A stretch of DNA of 64,000 nt from an uncultured delta proteobacterium (GTDB lineage: Bacteria > Desulfobacterota > Binatia > Bin18): the NCBI GenBank assembly GCA_963733195.1, contig CAVTCR010000062.1:283333-347332 (forward strand), written 5' to 3'. A model generated the notes under the pieces. That model made no database searches. It had not been told where the DNA came from and worked only from the letters and a program-made list of their open reading frames with translations. Within the stretch, counting starts at the first letter, position 1. Every line of letters starts with the position of its first letter. Below, one piece after another: positions 9,206-24,300 of this stretch. A program made the position numbers and the translations under genes.

Positions 9206-10552
9206 ATGGAAAAGAAATCACGCCGGCCCAAAAAAGACGAATATCGCATGCGCACGCAGATGATTCACGGGATTCCTAACAGCACACGCTGGGACTACGA
9301 CCATCATGTCGTGCCACCGATCTCTGCCTCAACGACGTTCCGCCTAAGTTCAGCCTATCGCGGCGCCCGTGGCTTTGCCAATTTCGCCAACGATGCAGCT
9401 AACCTCACCTCTCAGGTGCCGATCTATATTTATGATCGCCTGGATGAACCGACACGCGGGATGCTGGAAGATGCGCTGGCGCATGCCGAAGGTGGGGAAT
9501 CTGCTGTGTGTTTCGCTACCGGTATGGCGGCGGTTACTGCGGCCCTAGGAGTAACAGTCAAAGCCGGTGAAGAAGTAGTCGCCCATCGTGTCGTCTATGG
9601 TTGCACTTACAGCCTCATGACGAACTGGCTTCCGCGCTATCAAGTGAATACGCGTTTTGTTGATCTTACTGATGAGCAGGCGTTACGTGCCGCCATCAAT
9701 GACCGCACGCGCGTGGTCTACTTCGAGACACCGGTCAACCCTACTCTTCAGCTTATCGATATCGCTGCTGTGCGGCGGGTCGTCGATGAAGCAAATAAAG
9801 GACGCCAAGAGCCTATTCTGATCATCGTCGATAACACGTTCTCAACTCCCTATTGCCAGCGCCCGCTCGAACAAGGAGCGCATGTCGTCCTTCACAGCCT
9901 TACCAAAGATATTGGTGGCTTCGGCACCGACATGGGCGGTGCAGTGATTGCTCCACGTGAATTGCACAGTCCGTTGCTCATGTACCGTAAGGATTTTGGC
10001 GGGGTATTATCATCGAAGAGCGCGTGGACGTTTCTTGTCTACGGACTGCCAACGCTGGCGACGCGCATGGTCAATCAGCAAAAGAGTGCAACCAAGGTCG
10101 CGCAGTTTTTACAAGAGCATCCGCTCATCGCTAAAGTCGTCTACCCAGGTCTCGAAAACTTTGCCCAGCGAGAACTTGCCATGCGCCAGATGACCGACTA
10201 TCGCGGCAAATTTGCGCCTGGATCGATGTTGTCGTTCACCGTAAAAGACCCAAGCGCTGACAACCGCGTAGCCGAAGCGTTTATCGATTATATCGCCGAA
10301 CATGCGTATTCGATCACCCTAGCGGTGAGTCTCGGTCATATCAAAACCCTGATCGAGAATCCGTATTCGATGACCCATGCCGCACTGCCAGCAGCGGAGA
10401 AGCTTGCTCGCGGAGTCGAACCGGGAATGTTACGACTCTCGCTTGGACTCGAAGACTGGCAAGACATTATCGAGGACCTGAGTAACGCGCTCGATGCCGT
10501 TGCAGGCCTGTGCAATGAGAAACCGGCAGCACCAGTGACGGCGGTGCGGTAA
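9206..10552 (+). CDS. Cys/Met-metabolism PLP-dependent enzyme (cystathionine gamma-synthase / O-acylhomoserine sulfhydrylase / methionine gamma-lyase family)
   Basis: 448 aa. The PLP-lysine region is SLTKDIGGFG. The fold is colinear with the trans-sulfuration family, and a good RBS (gagaggggg) sits upstream. Confidence 0.85.
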   Translation: MEKKSRRPKKDEYRMRTQMIHGIPNSTRWDYDHHVVPPISASTTFRLSSAYRGARGFANFANDAANLTSQVPIYIYDRLDEPTRGMLEDALAHAEGGESAVCFATGMAAVTAALGVTVKAGEEVVAHRVVYGCTYSLMTNWLPRYQVNTRFVDLTDEQALRAAINDRTRVVYFETPVNPTLQLIDIAAVRRVVDEANKGRQEPILIIVDNTFSTPYCQRPLEQGAHVVLHSLTKDIGGFGTDMGGAVIAPRELHSPLLMYRKDFGGVLSSKSAWTFLVYGLPTLATRMVNQQKSATKVAQFLQEHPLIAKVVYPGLENFAQRELAMRQMTDYRGKFAPGSMLSFTVKDPSADNRVAEAFIDYIAEHAYSITLAVSLGHIKTLIENPYSMTHAALPAAEKLARGVEPGMLRLSLGLEDWQDIIEDLSNALDAVAGLCNEKPAAPVTAVR

Positions 10553-10560
10553 GTAGTAGA

Positions 10561-10580
10561 GACGCCCCGCCGAGGCGTTT
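10561..10580. terminator. Possible bidirectional terminator hairpin between convergent genes
   Basis: A GC-rich stem (gacgcc / ggcgtt) with a 7-nt loop followed by ttt. A second, nested inverted repeat (ccctcaccc ... gggtgaggg) lies at 10603-10700. Confidence 0.3.
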
Positions 10581-10713
10581 CCCTTGGTTGGGTTACAGGA
10601 ATCTCCCTCACCCGCATCCGCTTTCGCGTCTGCTTCCCTCTCCCAGTGGGAGAGCTTGTCCTTCGCGTAGTCGGAGGAGGACAGGGTGAGGGTATTAATA
10701 TTCCTCGTTTTCT

Positions 10714-12025
10714 TTAGAAACTCACTTCCAGGCCTGCAGAGGGAATCACATCAGCCCGTATCCCATCGTTGTTGAGCGGCAGAAAGACATTCGCGTAGCC
10801 GACGATAGCCCCATAGATGTTGGCTTTGAACCCAACCGCAAGATCGACGATGTCAGGCCGTACCTTGGTGCTGAAGGTTCTTGTCGTAGGTAGTGTTGTC
10901 GGTGTCGCTTCAGATGTTCCAGGTGCATTCACAAACTGCGGTACTTGCACCGAAAGACGGTCATTTTTTAGATACGAACTCCCAACGATATCGACGTTCA
11001 AGGCCAACTGATCGATCAGTGAAAATGCGACCCCTGCGCCATAGCGCGCGCGGGTCCGATCTGAGTCATCCCAGTTGAACTCGATGCCGCCAGTCGCATG
11101 CAGATGGAATCGCCAATATTCCTGCGAAAGAGCAAGGAAGGGGGTGAGTCATAGTGTCACCAAGGCCCTGAAAATCGTCTTCATCCCCGGTCGGCAGCCG
11201 TAACGTCAAACCAGCTGCAAGATTGAATCCATTATTATCTATAAGGTGATATTTCGTCCGTAGAAGAAGGTCGCCAATGCCAACTGGATCATCAGACGTT
11301 GAACGCACTTCAGTATCTTCCCCTGTCGCGTTATCAAACGAGTGCGTATCCGTACCGCTTTCGTTGTTCAGCACTGCCTGCGCACGCATTCGAAAATGGG
11401 TAAAAACAAAGGGCAATAGAATATTCACATCCCAGCGATCAGTAACACCGTAGGTCGCAAACAAAGAGAAAACATGCGACTGCAAAGTGAACTTTTCGAA
11501 GAATAAGGCAGCCGTATCTTGTTCAAAAGCCGGGACATTAGGACTAGGAGGGGGATTTGGCGTATTGCAGCAGTCATTATGCTCCAGGTCTCGGAATGAG
11601 AGACGATCCAGATTTTTCCCGTTGAGTTCATCAAAATCGATAAAGAGATAGGAAAAGCCGAAATCAACTTTCCCGCGGCCAAGTGTCTCTGGTCGTTCGA
11701 CAAACACCGGTCCTAACAAGTTCGAGGAGCGCTCAAACACTTGTAATTGCATGTTGTACTGGTAGGTAAACCCCGGTGCAGTCGAAATTGCCGGAAAATC
11801 GGCAGCCGAAGCAGCCATTTGCTTCACCAGGAGATCAAGAGTCGCCAGACTCGTACTGGTAAAATGCGCTTGATGCGGGACGGCATTGTCATCCACATCA
11901 GCCTCGATTCCACGGTCGCCAAAGAGCAGACTAATCCGATCCGATAAGCTGCGAGCTTCTGCCAACCCGGAGCACCCTACCACGAACGTCGCAAACACGA
12001 GTCCTGTCAAGATCTTAGCACGCAT
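10714..12025 (-). CDS. Outer-membrane beta-barrel protein with signal peptide, apparently frameshifted near 11007-11066
   Basis: The N-terminal piece (11066-12025) has the signal peptide MRAKILTGLVFATFVVGCSGLAEA. The C-terminal piece (10714-11007) ends in a terminal Phe, typical of an OMP barrel. The two pieces are in different frames. Confidence 0.55.
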
Positions 12026-12883
12026 CACGCCCTCTCCCCTTTTCACACCGCAGACATTTATTTTGGCTTCCCCCACAGGGTCAATCAGAAACTACAACTC
12101 CCAATAGAAAGTCATATCTAGCGTATGGCGTGCAATGGCAAAAGTCAAAAGTCGATATATCCTCGACCTATCTCAAGGATAGGGCCGGTCCACTAGTGAA
12201 ATAGAAAGAAGCAGTTGATAAGTCCGCCTGGAAAAAGATACGATGCAGGTCTAATACGGTGTGTCTTCATGACTGAAAAACGGACAAGAGCGAGCAAGCA
12301 ACTCCAATTTCTTCATTGGGGTGTTCTTTCTACGCTCGTTGTTCACCTCCTGACCCATTGTGCACTCGGTCCGCTGGCTCATCTACGCTTCTTGGGGGAT
12401 GCAACACCGGCATACCACGCCAGTGGCAAAGACTGCATGCATCCTGTTGCCGACCACACCTCGAGTCCGTCTTCAGAACAACACCGCTCTGGTCTGCCAG
12501 GAACGTGCGATGAACTGGCCGGAGCCCATAAAGCGACAGTCTCGGCGTCTTCACAGACTATCGATGTTCCCCACTTTGCGCAGATTCTTTCTTTCTTCGA
12601 TCTTCACACATTGACTGCGGGAGTGCAGATGCTCTCCGCTGCGCCTGTTCTTTCTTGTTGCTCTTCGTCCTCCTTGTATCTGCAGGGCGTTGCCTTGTTG
12701 ATTTGACCCATCCTCTTCCTTTGTGTTGTTGTCGAGCCAGAGACCAGAGGTCGGAGTGGTCAGCCACCCTCCCGTCCTGATCAGCACTCTGACTTGATCC
12801 TTCAGTACGAAACGCTCGGCAAGACTTACCAACAAAAAACGGAAGCCTTACCCCGGCAGGAAGGAAGCCGGAGGAGGGACGTA

Positions 12884-14134
12884 ATGACAAGACGTCTGTG
12901 GTCCGTACTCATACTAGCGGCGGTGGCCATCGTGCCACAGTCGAGCGAGGGGCAAGAACGCCCAGCATTGACTCCGGCTGAAGCCTTGATGCTGGCACGG
13001 GATCACAACCCTGAACTCTTAGCGGCTCGTCAGGAACTAGAGATCGCACGCGGTCGGCTAATTAAAGCCCGCTATCCTAGCCAATTTAACCCAGAGCTTG
13101 CGACAGAAGTCACGGATCGCTCGCGTGGCGAGCCAGGGGAGCGTGGGAATTCCGTTGATTTTGCCGTCACACTCTCGCAGCAAATCGAAATCGGGGGACA
13201 GCGCGAGAAGCGCATTGAGGAAGCGGAGCGCCATGTTGCTGTCGTCATACAACGAGTGAAAGATCGCGAACGACTCATCTTGGCGCAGGTGAAGGACCGT
13301 TTCTATCGCGCTCTTTCTTTGCATCGTCGCGGTGACCTCTTCCGCCATGTCGAAGATCTCACCCGCCGTCTCCGTACTGCGGCAGCCAAGCGTTTCCAAG
13401 CTGGAGAGATAACCAAACTCGAAGTGAACCTTGCCGAAATTCAACTGGGGCAAGCTCGCCGTGATACGTTGATTGCCGAACGAGACTACCGCAACATGCT
13501 GCAAGAGTTGGAGCGTCTGCTTGGCCAGGAACCACGCGGCACCATCGCGTTGGCTGGACAGCTGACTGTCCGGCCCCAGACGGTGGATGAACAAACGATA
13601 TTGCAACAAGCGCTCGAAACACGTCCTGATTTGCAGGGCGCCCGCGCAGAGCTGGGACGAATCGATGTCGAAACTGAACTGACACGCCGCTTAGCACTCC
13701 CCAATCCAACACTGAGCTTTGTCTACCGTGAGGAAGAGAAACGTGACTACATCGCCGGGGCAGAAATCCGCTTTCCCTTGCCGATCTTTGATCGCAAGCA
13801 AGCAGAATTACTCCAACTCGCCGGTCGGAAAGAACAGGCCGGACACGAACGACAGAGCATCGAACTGCAAATCCGTCAGGAAGTGTCGGAGGCGTTGCGC
13901 ACGTATAACACCGCCAAGGCAGAAGTCGAGGTTTATGAGCAAGATGTCTTAGAACGAGCGACAGAGAACTTTCAGCTTATCGAAGTCGCCTATCGTGAAG
14001 GACAAATCAATCTGTTGCAACTGGTGGTGGTACAGACGAATCTGGTGACTGCTCAGCTCTCGTATATCGACGCTCTCAGCGCCTATTGGCAAGCCCGCAT
14101 TGCATTGGAGCGAGCCACCGGGACGGATCTGTAG
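12884..14134 (+). CDS. czcC: Outer membrane efflux protein of the TolC/CzcC family (OMF)
   Basis: Carries a signal peptide, two OEP-type repeats and a coiled-coil-rich sequence. It is followed by an RND adaptor and an RND pump. The start was chosen at MTRRLWSVLILAAVA. Confidence 0.8.
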   Translation: MTRRLWSVLILAAVAIVPQSSEGQERPALTPAEALMLARDHNPELLAARQELEIARGRLIKARYPSQFNPELATEVTDRSRGEPGERGNSVDFAVTLSQQIEIGGQREKRIEEAERHVAVVIQRVKDRERLILAQVKDRFYRALSLHRRGDLFRHVEDLTRRLRTAAAKRFQAGEITKLEVNLAEIQLGQARRDTLIAERDYRNMLQELERLLGQEPRGTIALAGQLTVRPQTVDEQTILQQALETRPDLQGARAELGRIDVETELTRRLALPNPTLSFVYREEEKRDYIAGAEIRFPLPIFDRKQAELLQLAGRKEQAGHERQSIELQIRQEVSEALRTYNTAKAEVEVYEQDVLERATENFQLIEVAYREGQINLLQLVVVQTNLVTAQLSYIDALSAYWQARIALERATGTDL

Positions 14135-14320
14135 AGGAAGTGCCGCAATGAAGAGAGTCAAAGGTCTAAATCAGATCACAAAGGATTGGCACACGGGCTC
14201 TGTCACCCTGAGTGTAACGAAGGGTCTCTCAGGGAGATTCTTCGCGGAGTTTATCCTGAGCGCAGCCGAAGGGCTCAGAATGACACGAGTGAGAAGTCAC
14301 GTTGTGAAGTGTACGATTGT

Positions 14321-15523
14321 CATGAAGTTCGATTCAGGTGCGTTGTTACTCAAGTTGGTATTCGGGCTCAGCCTCTTGGCGAGTTGTCAACCATCAGGCT
14401 CTCCTGATCCAGTCCCAACCACAGTTCCACCGGCTGAAGTTCAAGCTGAGGCTCGGGATGAGCAGTCCATTTATCTCCAGCAGCGCTCCATGCGTTGACC
14501 ATCAAGACCACCCCAGTTATTCGACGCCAGCTTACTGAAGAGGTGCGCGTGACTGCGGTCATCAAGCCCAACGAAAATCGACTCGCACACGTGAGCCCCC
14601 GTATTGCTGGACGAGTAGTCATCGTACGCAAGCTGTTAGGGGATACTGTCAAAACCGGTGATGTCCTCGCGATCTTGGATAGTGTTGAACTCGGCAAAGC
14701 GAAGGCCGACTATCTGAAATTTCAAGCACTCACTAGTGTACAAGAGAAAAACTACCAACGGGCACGACGCCTTTTTGAGCAACACATTACCTCACAGCGG
14801 GAAGTACTTGAAGCCGAAGCTGCCTATCTAACTGCGAGAGCAGAATTTGAAGCAGCGCATGCAACGTTACACCTTTATGGATTGTCTGATGAAGACACCC
14901 ATCGCTTAGCCTGGCAGGCGAAAGAACCGATCTCGCAATTTCCACTTCTCTCTCCGTTCTCCGGGATTGTGGCAGAAAAAGATATCACCATTGGAGAGGT
15001 CATTCCGCCGGAACGTTCAGTCTACACGATTGCTGATTTCTCGACGCTGTGGATTCAGCTTGATGTCTACGAGAAAGACCTGGCAAAAGTTCGTGTCGGA
15101 CAAGATGTAGCAATCACAACTGATAGTTACCCGCAGGAGACCTTTCGCGGTACTGTCACGTATTTAGGGAGTCTGCTGAATGAGCAAACACGGACCATTC
15201 CTACGCGGGTTGAAATCCCCAATCCCCAAGGGCGCTTGAAACCCGGCATGTTTGCAACTGCGCTCATCACCACACCGGGACAGCAGGACGTAACCGGCCT
15301 CACTGTACCGTCAAGCGCCGTGCAACGAGTAGAAGGAGAGATAGTCGTATTTGTACCCAGCGGAGAAGGGATATTTACCCGACACATTGTGCAGCTTGGC
15401 AAACAAGGAGATGAGTGGGTTGAAGTTCGCGAAGGAGTTCAGGAGGGCCAACAGGTAGTGACCGAGGGAAGTTTCACCCTCAAGTCTGAACTCCTGAAAG
15501 CGACGCTCGCTGAAGGGGAATAG
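14321..15523 (+). CDS. czcB: RND efflux periplasmic adaptor (CzcB/CusB-like membrane fusion protein), apparent frameshift near 14480
   Basis: The lipoprotein signal MKFDSGALLLKLVFGLSLLASC (14321) is in a different frame from the HlyD-like body 14495-15523 (TIKTTPVIRRQLTEEVRVTAV..). Confidence 0.75.
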
Positions 15524-15528
15524 CACTA

Positions 15529-18650
<3,122 letters not shown>

Positions 18651-18741
18651 TCAGGTAGCTCGTTTACTCGAGTGTTCTATAGCCGCGTTTGCGGAATTAG
18701 GAGATTTCTTTGCTTGTGTCCTTAAAGTGCCTGATTCGCTT

Positions 18742-18769
18742 GTAGAGACGCGACATGTTGCGTCTCTAC
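18742..18769. terminator. Perfect 10-bp stem hairpin downstream of czcA (terminator or REP-like)
   Basis: gtagagacgc-gacatgtt-gcgtctctac, with no strong U-tract. Confidence 0.35.
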
Positions 18770-18892
18770 GGGACATCGTTGGTCGCATGAAAATGGCAAT
18801 CCGCTCTAAGAATACTACGCTAGGGGAAAGTAAGAGAGCTTTGCTAAGATACCTGATTATGTTCCGCTGAGAGCGGGACGAGAGAGGAAGTT

Positions 18893-20639
18893 ATGTTCAA
18901 ACAACTAGCTCGACTCTATCTTTTTCTCATTATCTCCCTGGTTCTTAGCATGACAGCTCCTCGCGCGGTATTCGCACAGCCATGTTAGACAAACACGCAG
19001 CCTGGCTCGATTTCAGAGCGGTATCGGCATCGTTTCGGGTTGGGCTTGCGATGCTGATCGGATTGATATCGAAGTAAGCGGCAGCGGAGTCACCGCCACA
19101 CTTCAAGCCTCCTATGGCACTGCACGAGGCGATACTGTGGGCGCATGCAGAGATACCAACAATGGCTTTGGTCTGTTAGTGAACTGGAACATCTTACCTG
19201 ATGGCAATTATACGGTTCGGGCTTTGCGCGATGACGTAGAGTTTGCCCGTGCTACAGTTATCGTCAGCACTCTCGGGCTAAACCGGCAATTTCCTACCGG
19301 TCTCACCGGAGAATCGCAGCTGCCGGACTTTCCTCAGGACGGAAAGACGACGCGTATTCGTTGGCAGGAGAGTATTCAGAATTTTAGCATTATCGGCGCG
19401 ACCGAAAGTCCGGCAGACGGAACTCCATCCAGTCCTCGCACGAAACTCGAAAACCCGATAGCAGGCTCGTTTCAGAGCGGCATTAGCGTGATCTCCGGCT
19501 GGGCGTGTGAGGCCAGAAAGGATTGAGGTCGAAATCAATGGTATCATTACACTACAAGCAGCCTATGGCACCGCGCGGGATGATACGGCGGGTGCGTGTG
19601 GAGATACCGATAATGGCTTTGGCCTGTTGGTCAACTGGAGTGATTTACCAGATGGGGTACATACTTTACGCGCGTTAAAAGACGGCGTTGAGTTTGCACG
19701 TTCAGTATTCACCGTCACGACTCTGGGTCTTGGGTCATTCGTGCAAGGATTAAGCGGCGGCTTTGTTGTGTCCGATTTCCCGCAATCAGGACGACATACA
19801 CGCGTCCAATGGCAAGAAAGTATACAGAACTTTACCATTACCGGGGCGGTTCTTCCTGAAATCGATGAACGGATATGCACCAGCGCCACCCAAGCTGCCG
19901 TCGATCCCTCTGGCGGGAGAGCGAATCTTACGGCAACCAATCCGTGTCAGTCTTCCGGCCAGATCCAAGTCGTGCAAGTCCTTCCTCAAAATAGCTCGCC
20001 ATTGACATCCGGGATCACGCCCGAACCGCGAGCACAGACAACAGGAGGGTTTTCGGCCTGCGACACTAATCTCAGTATCACGCAAGGAGGAAAAATATTC
20101 ACAATGAGTGACTTTGATTGGCTCGACAGTGATGGTAATAGAGTCTGCCGCACTCTTACGCCAGGGAATTCGCTTGATACGTTTATCAAAGTCAAAGCAG
20201 GCTCATCCCTAAACTTCAATCAACCATTTGACATTGTCTACACCAATCAGCGCAGTCTTTCAGTGGGCATCCTGCCTTTCTTCCTCCACCGACGATTGTC
20301 GATAACGATATAGTCGGTGGAGGCCCACCGATAGAATGCAGCCTTTTTGGCGTGCCAAGACAGATCCAATTTTGCAATGGCGATACCTCCATCGGGCAGC
20401 GGCTTTTCCCCTTGACCAGTCAGTGTTCTGTTTTCTTGGAAGGCTCAGTGACCCTTATCGCTGATAACAACGATTTTCACGTCATCCTGGGAAAGACCTT
20501 TTTCTTACAGCCCCCCAGTGACAGTGCGCTAATTGGCATCGAATACACGGGTAAATGTCCAGCCACGAGTAGAGGCAGAGCGTCGATTGAACTCGAAGGA
20601 ACTGGGGTTGCCCTTATTTTACTGAATCCGGTGGAATAG
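18893..20639 (+). CDS. Secreted repeat-domain protein, paralog of the 943-1795 locus, broken by several frameshifts (signal peptide 18893-18985; repeats 18990-19890; C-terminal domain to 20639)
   Basis: The signal peptide is MFKQLARLYLFLIISLVLSMTAPRAVFA. It is followed in other frames by the same about 130-aa unit (FQSGI..SGWAC..IDIEV..LQASYGTARGDT..CRDTNNGFGLLVNWN..QWQESIQNFSI) repeated about 2.5 times. Confidence 0.5.
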
Positions 20640-20710
20640 TAGAGAAGAGGCTGTCGAATCTTGGGCTTGATAGCTCATAGTATTGGCTGAGGGCACCTTT
20701 ATCTCTCAAT

Positions 20711-20739
20711 TTGACGCCTTCCAGCTTCTTTCGTATAGT
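20711..20739 (+). promoter_or_regulatory. Putative sigma-70 promoter for the kdsB-pyrG-kdsA operon
   Basis: TTGACG at 20711-20716, a 17-nt spacer, then TATAGT at 20734-20739, about 60 nt upstream of the kdsB ATG. Confidence 0.4.
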
Positions 20740-20800
20740 AGGTTTCCGTGGTCGGGCTTCTCTCCGTCGATTCCAACGTTACAATCTGCGTGAGTTGAGC

Positions 20801-21562
20801 ATGGAAGTTGTTGCATTGATTCCTGCTCGTTATGGGTCAACTCGCTTCCCCGGAAAGCCGCTGGCATTATTGCGCGGTAAGCCGATGATCCAACATGTCT
20901 ACGAACAAACCTGCTTGGTACGCGGCTTGGCTCGCGTCATCGTCGCGACCGATGATGATCGCATCGCAAGTGTCATACGTGCTGTTGGTGGAGAGGTCGC
21001 CATGACCCGCGCTGATCATCCTACTGGCACCGATCGTCTCGCCGAGGTTGCCGAACGGCTCAGCGTAGATATCATCGTCAACGTGCAGGGAGATTTGCCG
21101 TTCTTTCCGCCAGCCATGGTCGAAGACGCGGTCACTGCTCTCACTCAGGCTCCTAGTGCGGTGATGTCCACAGTGAAAACGCCGATCTATGAAGTTGCTG
21201 AGTGGCAGAACATCAACGTCGTAAAAGTTGTCACTGATCGCAAAGGGTATGCATTATATTTTTCGCGGAGTCCCATCCCCTACGAAAGGAGTCCAGAGTC
21301 CAGAGTCCAGAGTCCAGAGTCAGCAGGCACAGAACGGAAAACGATTCTTGGGTATCGGCATATTGGTCTATACGTGTATCGACGGGACTTTCTCTTTACC
21401 TTTACGAAGTTGCCACGGACACCACTGGAACAAACGGAACAGCTTGAGCAGTTACGCGCTTTGGAATGGGGTTATCAGATCACGGTTAGCGACACAGAAC
21501 GTCCAACCATCGAGATCGACACGCCGGAGGACCTGCGGCGTGCAGAGGAGGCAATGCCATGA
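20801..21562 (+). CDS. kdsB: 3-deoxy-manno-octulosonate cytidylyltransferase (CMP-KDO synthetase)
   Basis: [22 protein letters not shown]..., colinear with KdsB. It contains an in-frame heptanucleotide repeat (21288-21323). Its stop overlaps the pyrG start. Confidence 0.85.
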   Translation: MEVVALIPARYGSTRFPGKPLALLRGKPMIQHVYEQTCLVRGLARVIVATDDDRIASVIRAVGGEVAMTRADHPTGTDRLAEVAERLSVDIIVNVQGDLPFFPPAMVEDAVTALTQAPSAVMSTVKTPIYEVAEWQNINVVKVVTDRKGYALYFSRSPIPYERSPESRVQSPESAGTERKTILGYRHIGLYVYRRDFLFTFTKLPRTPLEQTEQLEQLRALEWGYQITVSDTERPTIEIDTPEDLRRAEEAMP

Positions 21563-23235
21563 GTACCAATGAGCATGGGAAAGAAGGCCGTAAGACGAAA
21601 TTTATTTTCATCACCGGTGGTGTGGTCTCCTCTCTAGGCAAAGGCATCGCCGCCGCCTCGATCGGCGGACTGCTCGAAAGCCGTGGCCTGAAAGTCACGT
21701 TACTGAAAATGGACCCGTACATTAACGTCGATCCCGGCACTATGAATCCGTTTCAACACGGCGAGGTCTATGTGACTGACGATGGCGCCGAAACTGACCT
21801 CGATCTTGGGCACTACGAGCGCTATGTCTCCACGCCGTTGGGTCGGAAAAACACCTTCACTACCGGCCAGGTGTACGACACGGTCATTGCCCGCGAACGC
21901 AAGGGTGACTATCTCGGTGGGACGGTACAAGTCATTCCGCACATTACCGATGAGATCAAACAACGCATTTTCGCCGCTGCCGCCGGTTTTGATGTCGCTA
22001 TCTGTGAAGTCGGAGGCACTGTTGGTGATATCGAGAGCCTTCCGTTCCTCGAAGCAATTCGGCAGCTCCGCTGGGACTGGGGGCGCGAACATGTGCTGTA
22101 CGTGCATCTCACGTTGGTACCCTTTATTTCTGCTGCTGGTGAACTGAAAACCAAACCCACGCAACACAGCGTGAAAGAACTCACCAGTCTCGGCATTCAG
22201 CCCGACATCCTCCTGTGTCGTACCGATCGCTACCTTGAAGCCAAGGTCAAAGCCAAAATTGCCCTCTTCTGTAACGTCAACGACAACGCGGTCATCACTG
22301 CCAAAGATGTTGAATGTATCTATGAAGTTCCGCTGGTGTTTCACCAGGAAGGGCTCGACGAACGCATCGTGGAAAAACTCAACATGTGGACCGGTGGTCC
22401 AAACCTCAGTAAGTGGGAACGGATCGTCCACATTTATAAGAATCCCCGCGAGCGGGTGCGTATCGCTATGGTTGGCAAATACGTCAATCTCATCGACTCG
22501 TATAAGAGCTTGAATGAAGCGCTTGCGCATGGCGGGCTCGCCAACGAATGCCGGGTCGAAATCGAGCATATCGATTCAGAACAGCTAGAGGATGGGACAC
22601 TCCCTGAAGCGGTTCGTCGCGCCGATGGGTTGCTCGTGCCGATGGGATTTGGCCAACGTGGCACTGAGGGAAAAGTCGCTGCCGTCCGCTATGCCCGCGA
22701 GGAAGGAGTTCCGTTCTTCGGTATTTGTTTTGGTATGCAGATGGCGGTAATTGAGTTTGGCCGCAACGTTTGCGGTCTCGCCCATGCTAACTCTACCGAA
22801 GTCGACGAAAATACTCCGCATCCGGTTATTGCGCTGATGAATGAACAACGCAGCATCGTGCAAAAAGGCGGAACGATGCGGCTCGGGGCGTATCCATGTT
22901 CGCTGCAAGACGGGACGCTCGCCGCTAAGCTCTATGGCCAATCGCAAATCTCCGAACGTCATCGTCACCGCTATGAATTCAACAACGAGTACCGCGAACG
23001 CTACGCCACGAAGGGCATGACCTTCAGTGGGCTCTCGCCTGACGGTGGTCTGGTGGAAATTATCGAGATTCGCAAACATCCCTGGTTTATTGGCGTGCAG
23101 TTCCACCCAGAACTCAAGTCGCGTCCTTTTGACTGTCACCCTCTGTTTGCGGGATTTGTTCGCGCAGCGCTGCAACGGCGCTTAGGTATCCACGAAAGTC
23201 CGTTGCGACGTGTGAGCGGGGCTGGACGATCATGA
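21559..23235 (+). CDS. pyrG: CTP synthase
   Basis: 558 aa with an N-terminal synthetase domain ([15 protein letters not shown]) and a C-terminal glutamine amidotransferase domain (GICFGMQ..HRYEF). Confidence 0.95.
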   Translation: MSTNEHGKEGRKTKFIFITGGVVSSLGKGIAAASIGGLLESRGLKVTLLKMDPYINVDPGTMNPFQHGEVYVTDDGAETDLDLGHYERYVSTPLGRKNTFTTGQVYDTVIARERKGDYLGGTVQVIPHITDEIKQRIFAAAAGFDVAICEVGGTVGDIESLPFLEAIRQLRWDWGREHVLYVHLTLVPFISAAGELKTKPTQHSVKELTSLGIQPDILLCRTDRYLEAKVKAKIALFCNVNDNAVITAKDVECIYEVPLVFHQEGLDERIVEKLNMWTGGPNLSKWERIVHIYKNPRERVRIAMVGKYVNLIDSYKSLNEALAHGGLANECRVEIEHIDSEQLEDGTLPEAVRRADGLLVPMGFGQRGTEGKVAAVRYAREEGVPFFGICFGMQMAVIEFGRNVCGLAHANSTEVDENTPHPVIALMNEQRSIVQKGGTMRLGAYPCSLQDGTLAAKLYGQSQISERHRHRYEFNNEYRERYATKGMTFSGLSPDGGLVEIIEIRKHPWFIGVQFHPELKSRPFDCHPLFAGFVRAALQRRLGIHESPLRRVSGAGRS

Positions 23236-24083
23236 TTCGTGAAGTTGTTCCCAATGTTGTCCACATCGGGTCAATCCCGTGTGGTGGCAATCATCCGTTT
23301 GTCTTGATCGCTGGCCCGTGTGTAATTGAGGGTCGAGACTCCGCGCTGTACCACGCCGAGGCGCTCGTAACACTCACGAACCGTCTCGGCGTTCCCTTCA
23401 TTTACAAATCTTCATACGACAAAGCCAACCGCACCTCTGGTGAGTCGTTTCGCGGTCTTGGCATGGATGAGGGGCTTGCTATTCTTGCTGAGACGAGACG
23501 CCAATGCGGTGTCCTCGTCCTGACTGACGTGCATTCACCCGAAGAAGCGAGGGCCGCTGCTGACGCAGTCGATGTTCTGCAGATTCCGGCGTTTCTCTGT
23601 CGTCAAACCGATCTCTTGGTAGCAGCAGGAGAGAGTGGGCGGGTCGTGAATATCAAGAAGGGCCAATTCTTGGCCCCGTGGGATATGAGCCACGCCGCCA
23701 CCAAAGTCGCGTCAACCGGCAATCAACGCATTTTACTGACCGAACGCGGAGCCTCGTTTGGCTACAACAACTTGGTATCTGATTTTCGTTCGTTACCGAT
23801 TATGGCCCGTACTGGCTATCCGGTCGTGTATGATGCCACGCATAGTGTGCAGTTACCTGGAGGACAAGGGAGCATGTCCGGAGGCCAACGAGAGTTTATT
23901 GCACCGCTGGCACGTGCGGCACTGGCAGTTGGTGTCGATGGATTGTTCATGGAAGTCCATCGCGATCCAGAACGTGCGTTGAGTGACAGTGCCACCGTCT
24001 TCCCGCTCGCCCAGCTCGAAGCCGTATTGCAAACACTTCAGAAGCTTGATGCTATTGCGAAAGAGCGACCTCCCAGAGTATAA
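23232..24083 (+). CDS. kdsA: 2-dehydro-3-deoxyphosphooctonate aldolase (KDO-8-phosphate synthase)
   Basis: 283 aa, a DAHP/KDO8P synthase fold. It is translationally coupled to pyrG. Confidence 0.9.
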   Translation: MIREVVPNVVHIGSIPCGGNHPFVLIAGPCVIEGRDSALYHAEALVTLTNRLGVPFIYKSSYDKANRTSGESFRGLGMDEGLAILAETRRQCGVLVLTDVHSPEEARAAADAVDVLQIPAFLCRQTDLLVAAGESGRVVNIKKGQFLAPWDMSHAATKVASTGNQRILLTERGASFGYNNLVSDFRSLPIMARTGYPVVYDATHSVQLPGGQGSMSGGQREFIAPLARAALAVGVDGLFMEVHRDPERALSDSATVFPLAQLEAVLQTLQKLDAIAKERPPRV

Positions 24084-24300
24084 CACTAGCGGTGCTATTC
24101 TTTCTTCGACGAGCCGCCGGTATGGACTCTCAATCCTCAATAGAGTCCCGTAGTTGATTCACCTGCACGGTCAGGAAATTCCTGATTTACTTTTCCTCTT
24201 TCAACGCAACGGCTACTCTTTAGAGAAAGGCAAGAAACTTGCCACCTTCATTGCGTAAGATGAAGAAGGTAGGGTATCTTGATCGAGGTGGAAGAATTCG

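Noticed and set aside
12215-12706. ORFs 12215-12706, 12316-12513, 12558-12890 in the czcC/OMP divergent region, and 8634-8828, 8869-9051 upstream of the met gene
   Set aside because: They lie inside intergenic or repeat sequence, overlap one another in several frames, and have low-complexity composition.
14186-14407. ORF 14186-14407 between czcC and czcB
   Set aside because: It spans the dispersed hairpin repeat and the czcB lipoprotein signal in the wrong frame.
21700-22569. Long ORFs antisense to pyrG (21700-22569), czcA (16969-17586), the AC gene (58333-59094, 59629-60210), LLM (38356-38769) and VWA (43631-44140)
   Set aside because: They are typical GC-rich antisense shadow ORFs overlapping strongly supported genes, with no motifs. 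The non-overlapping 58333-58620 tail of 58333-59094 has no recognisable features or RBS either.
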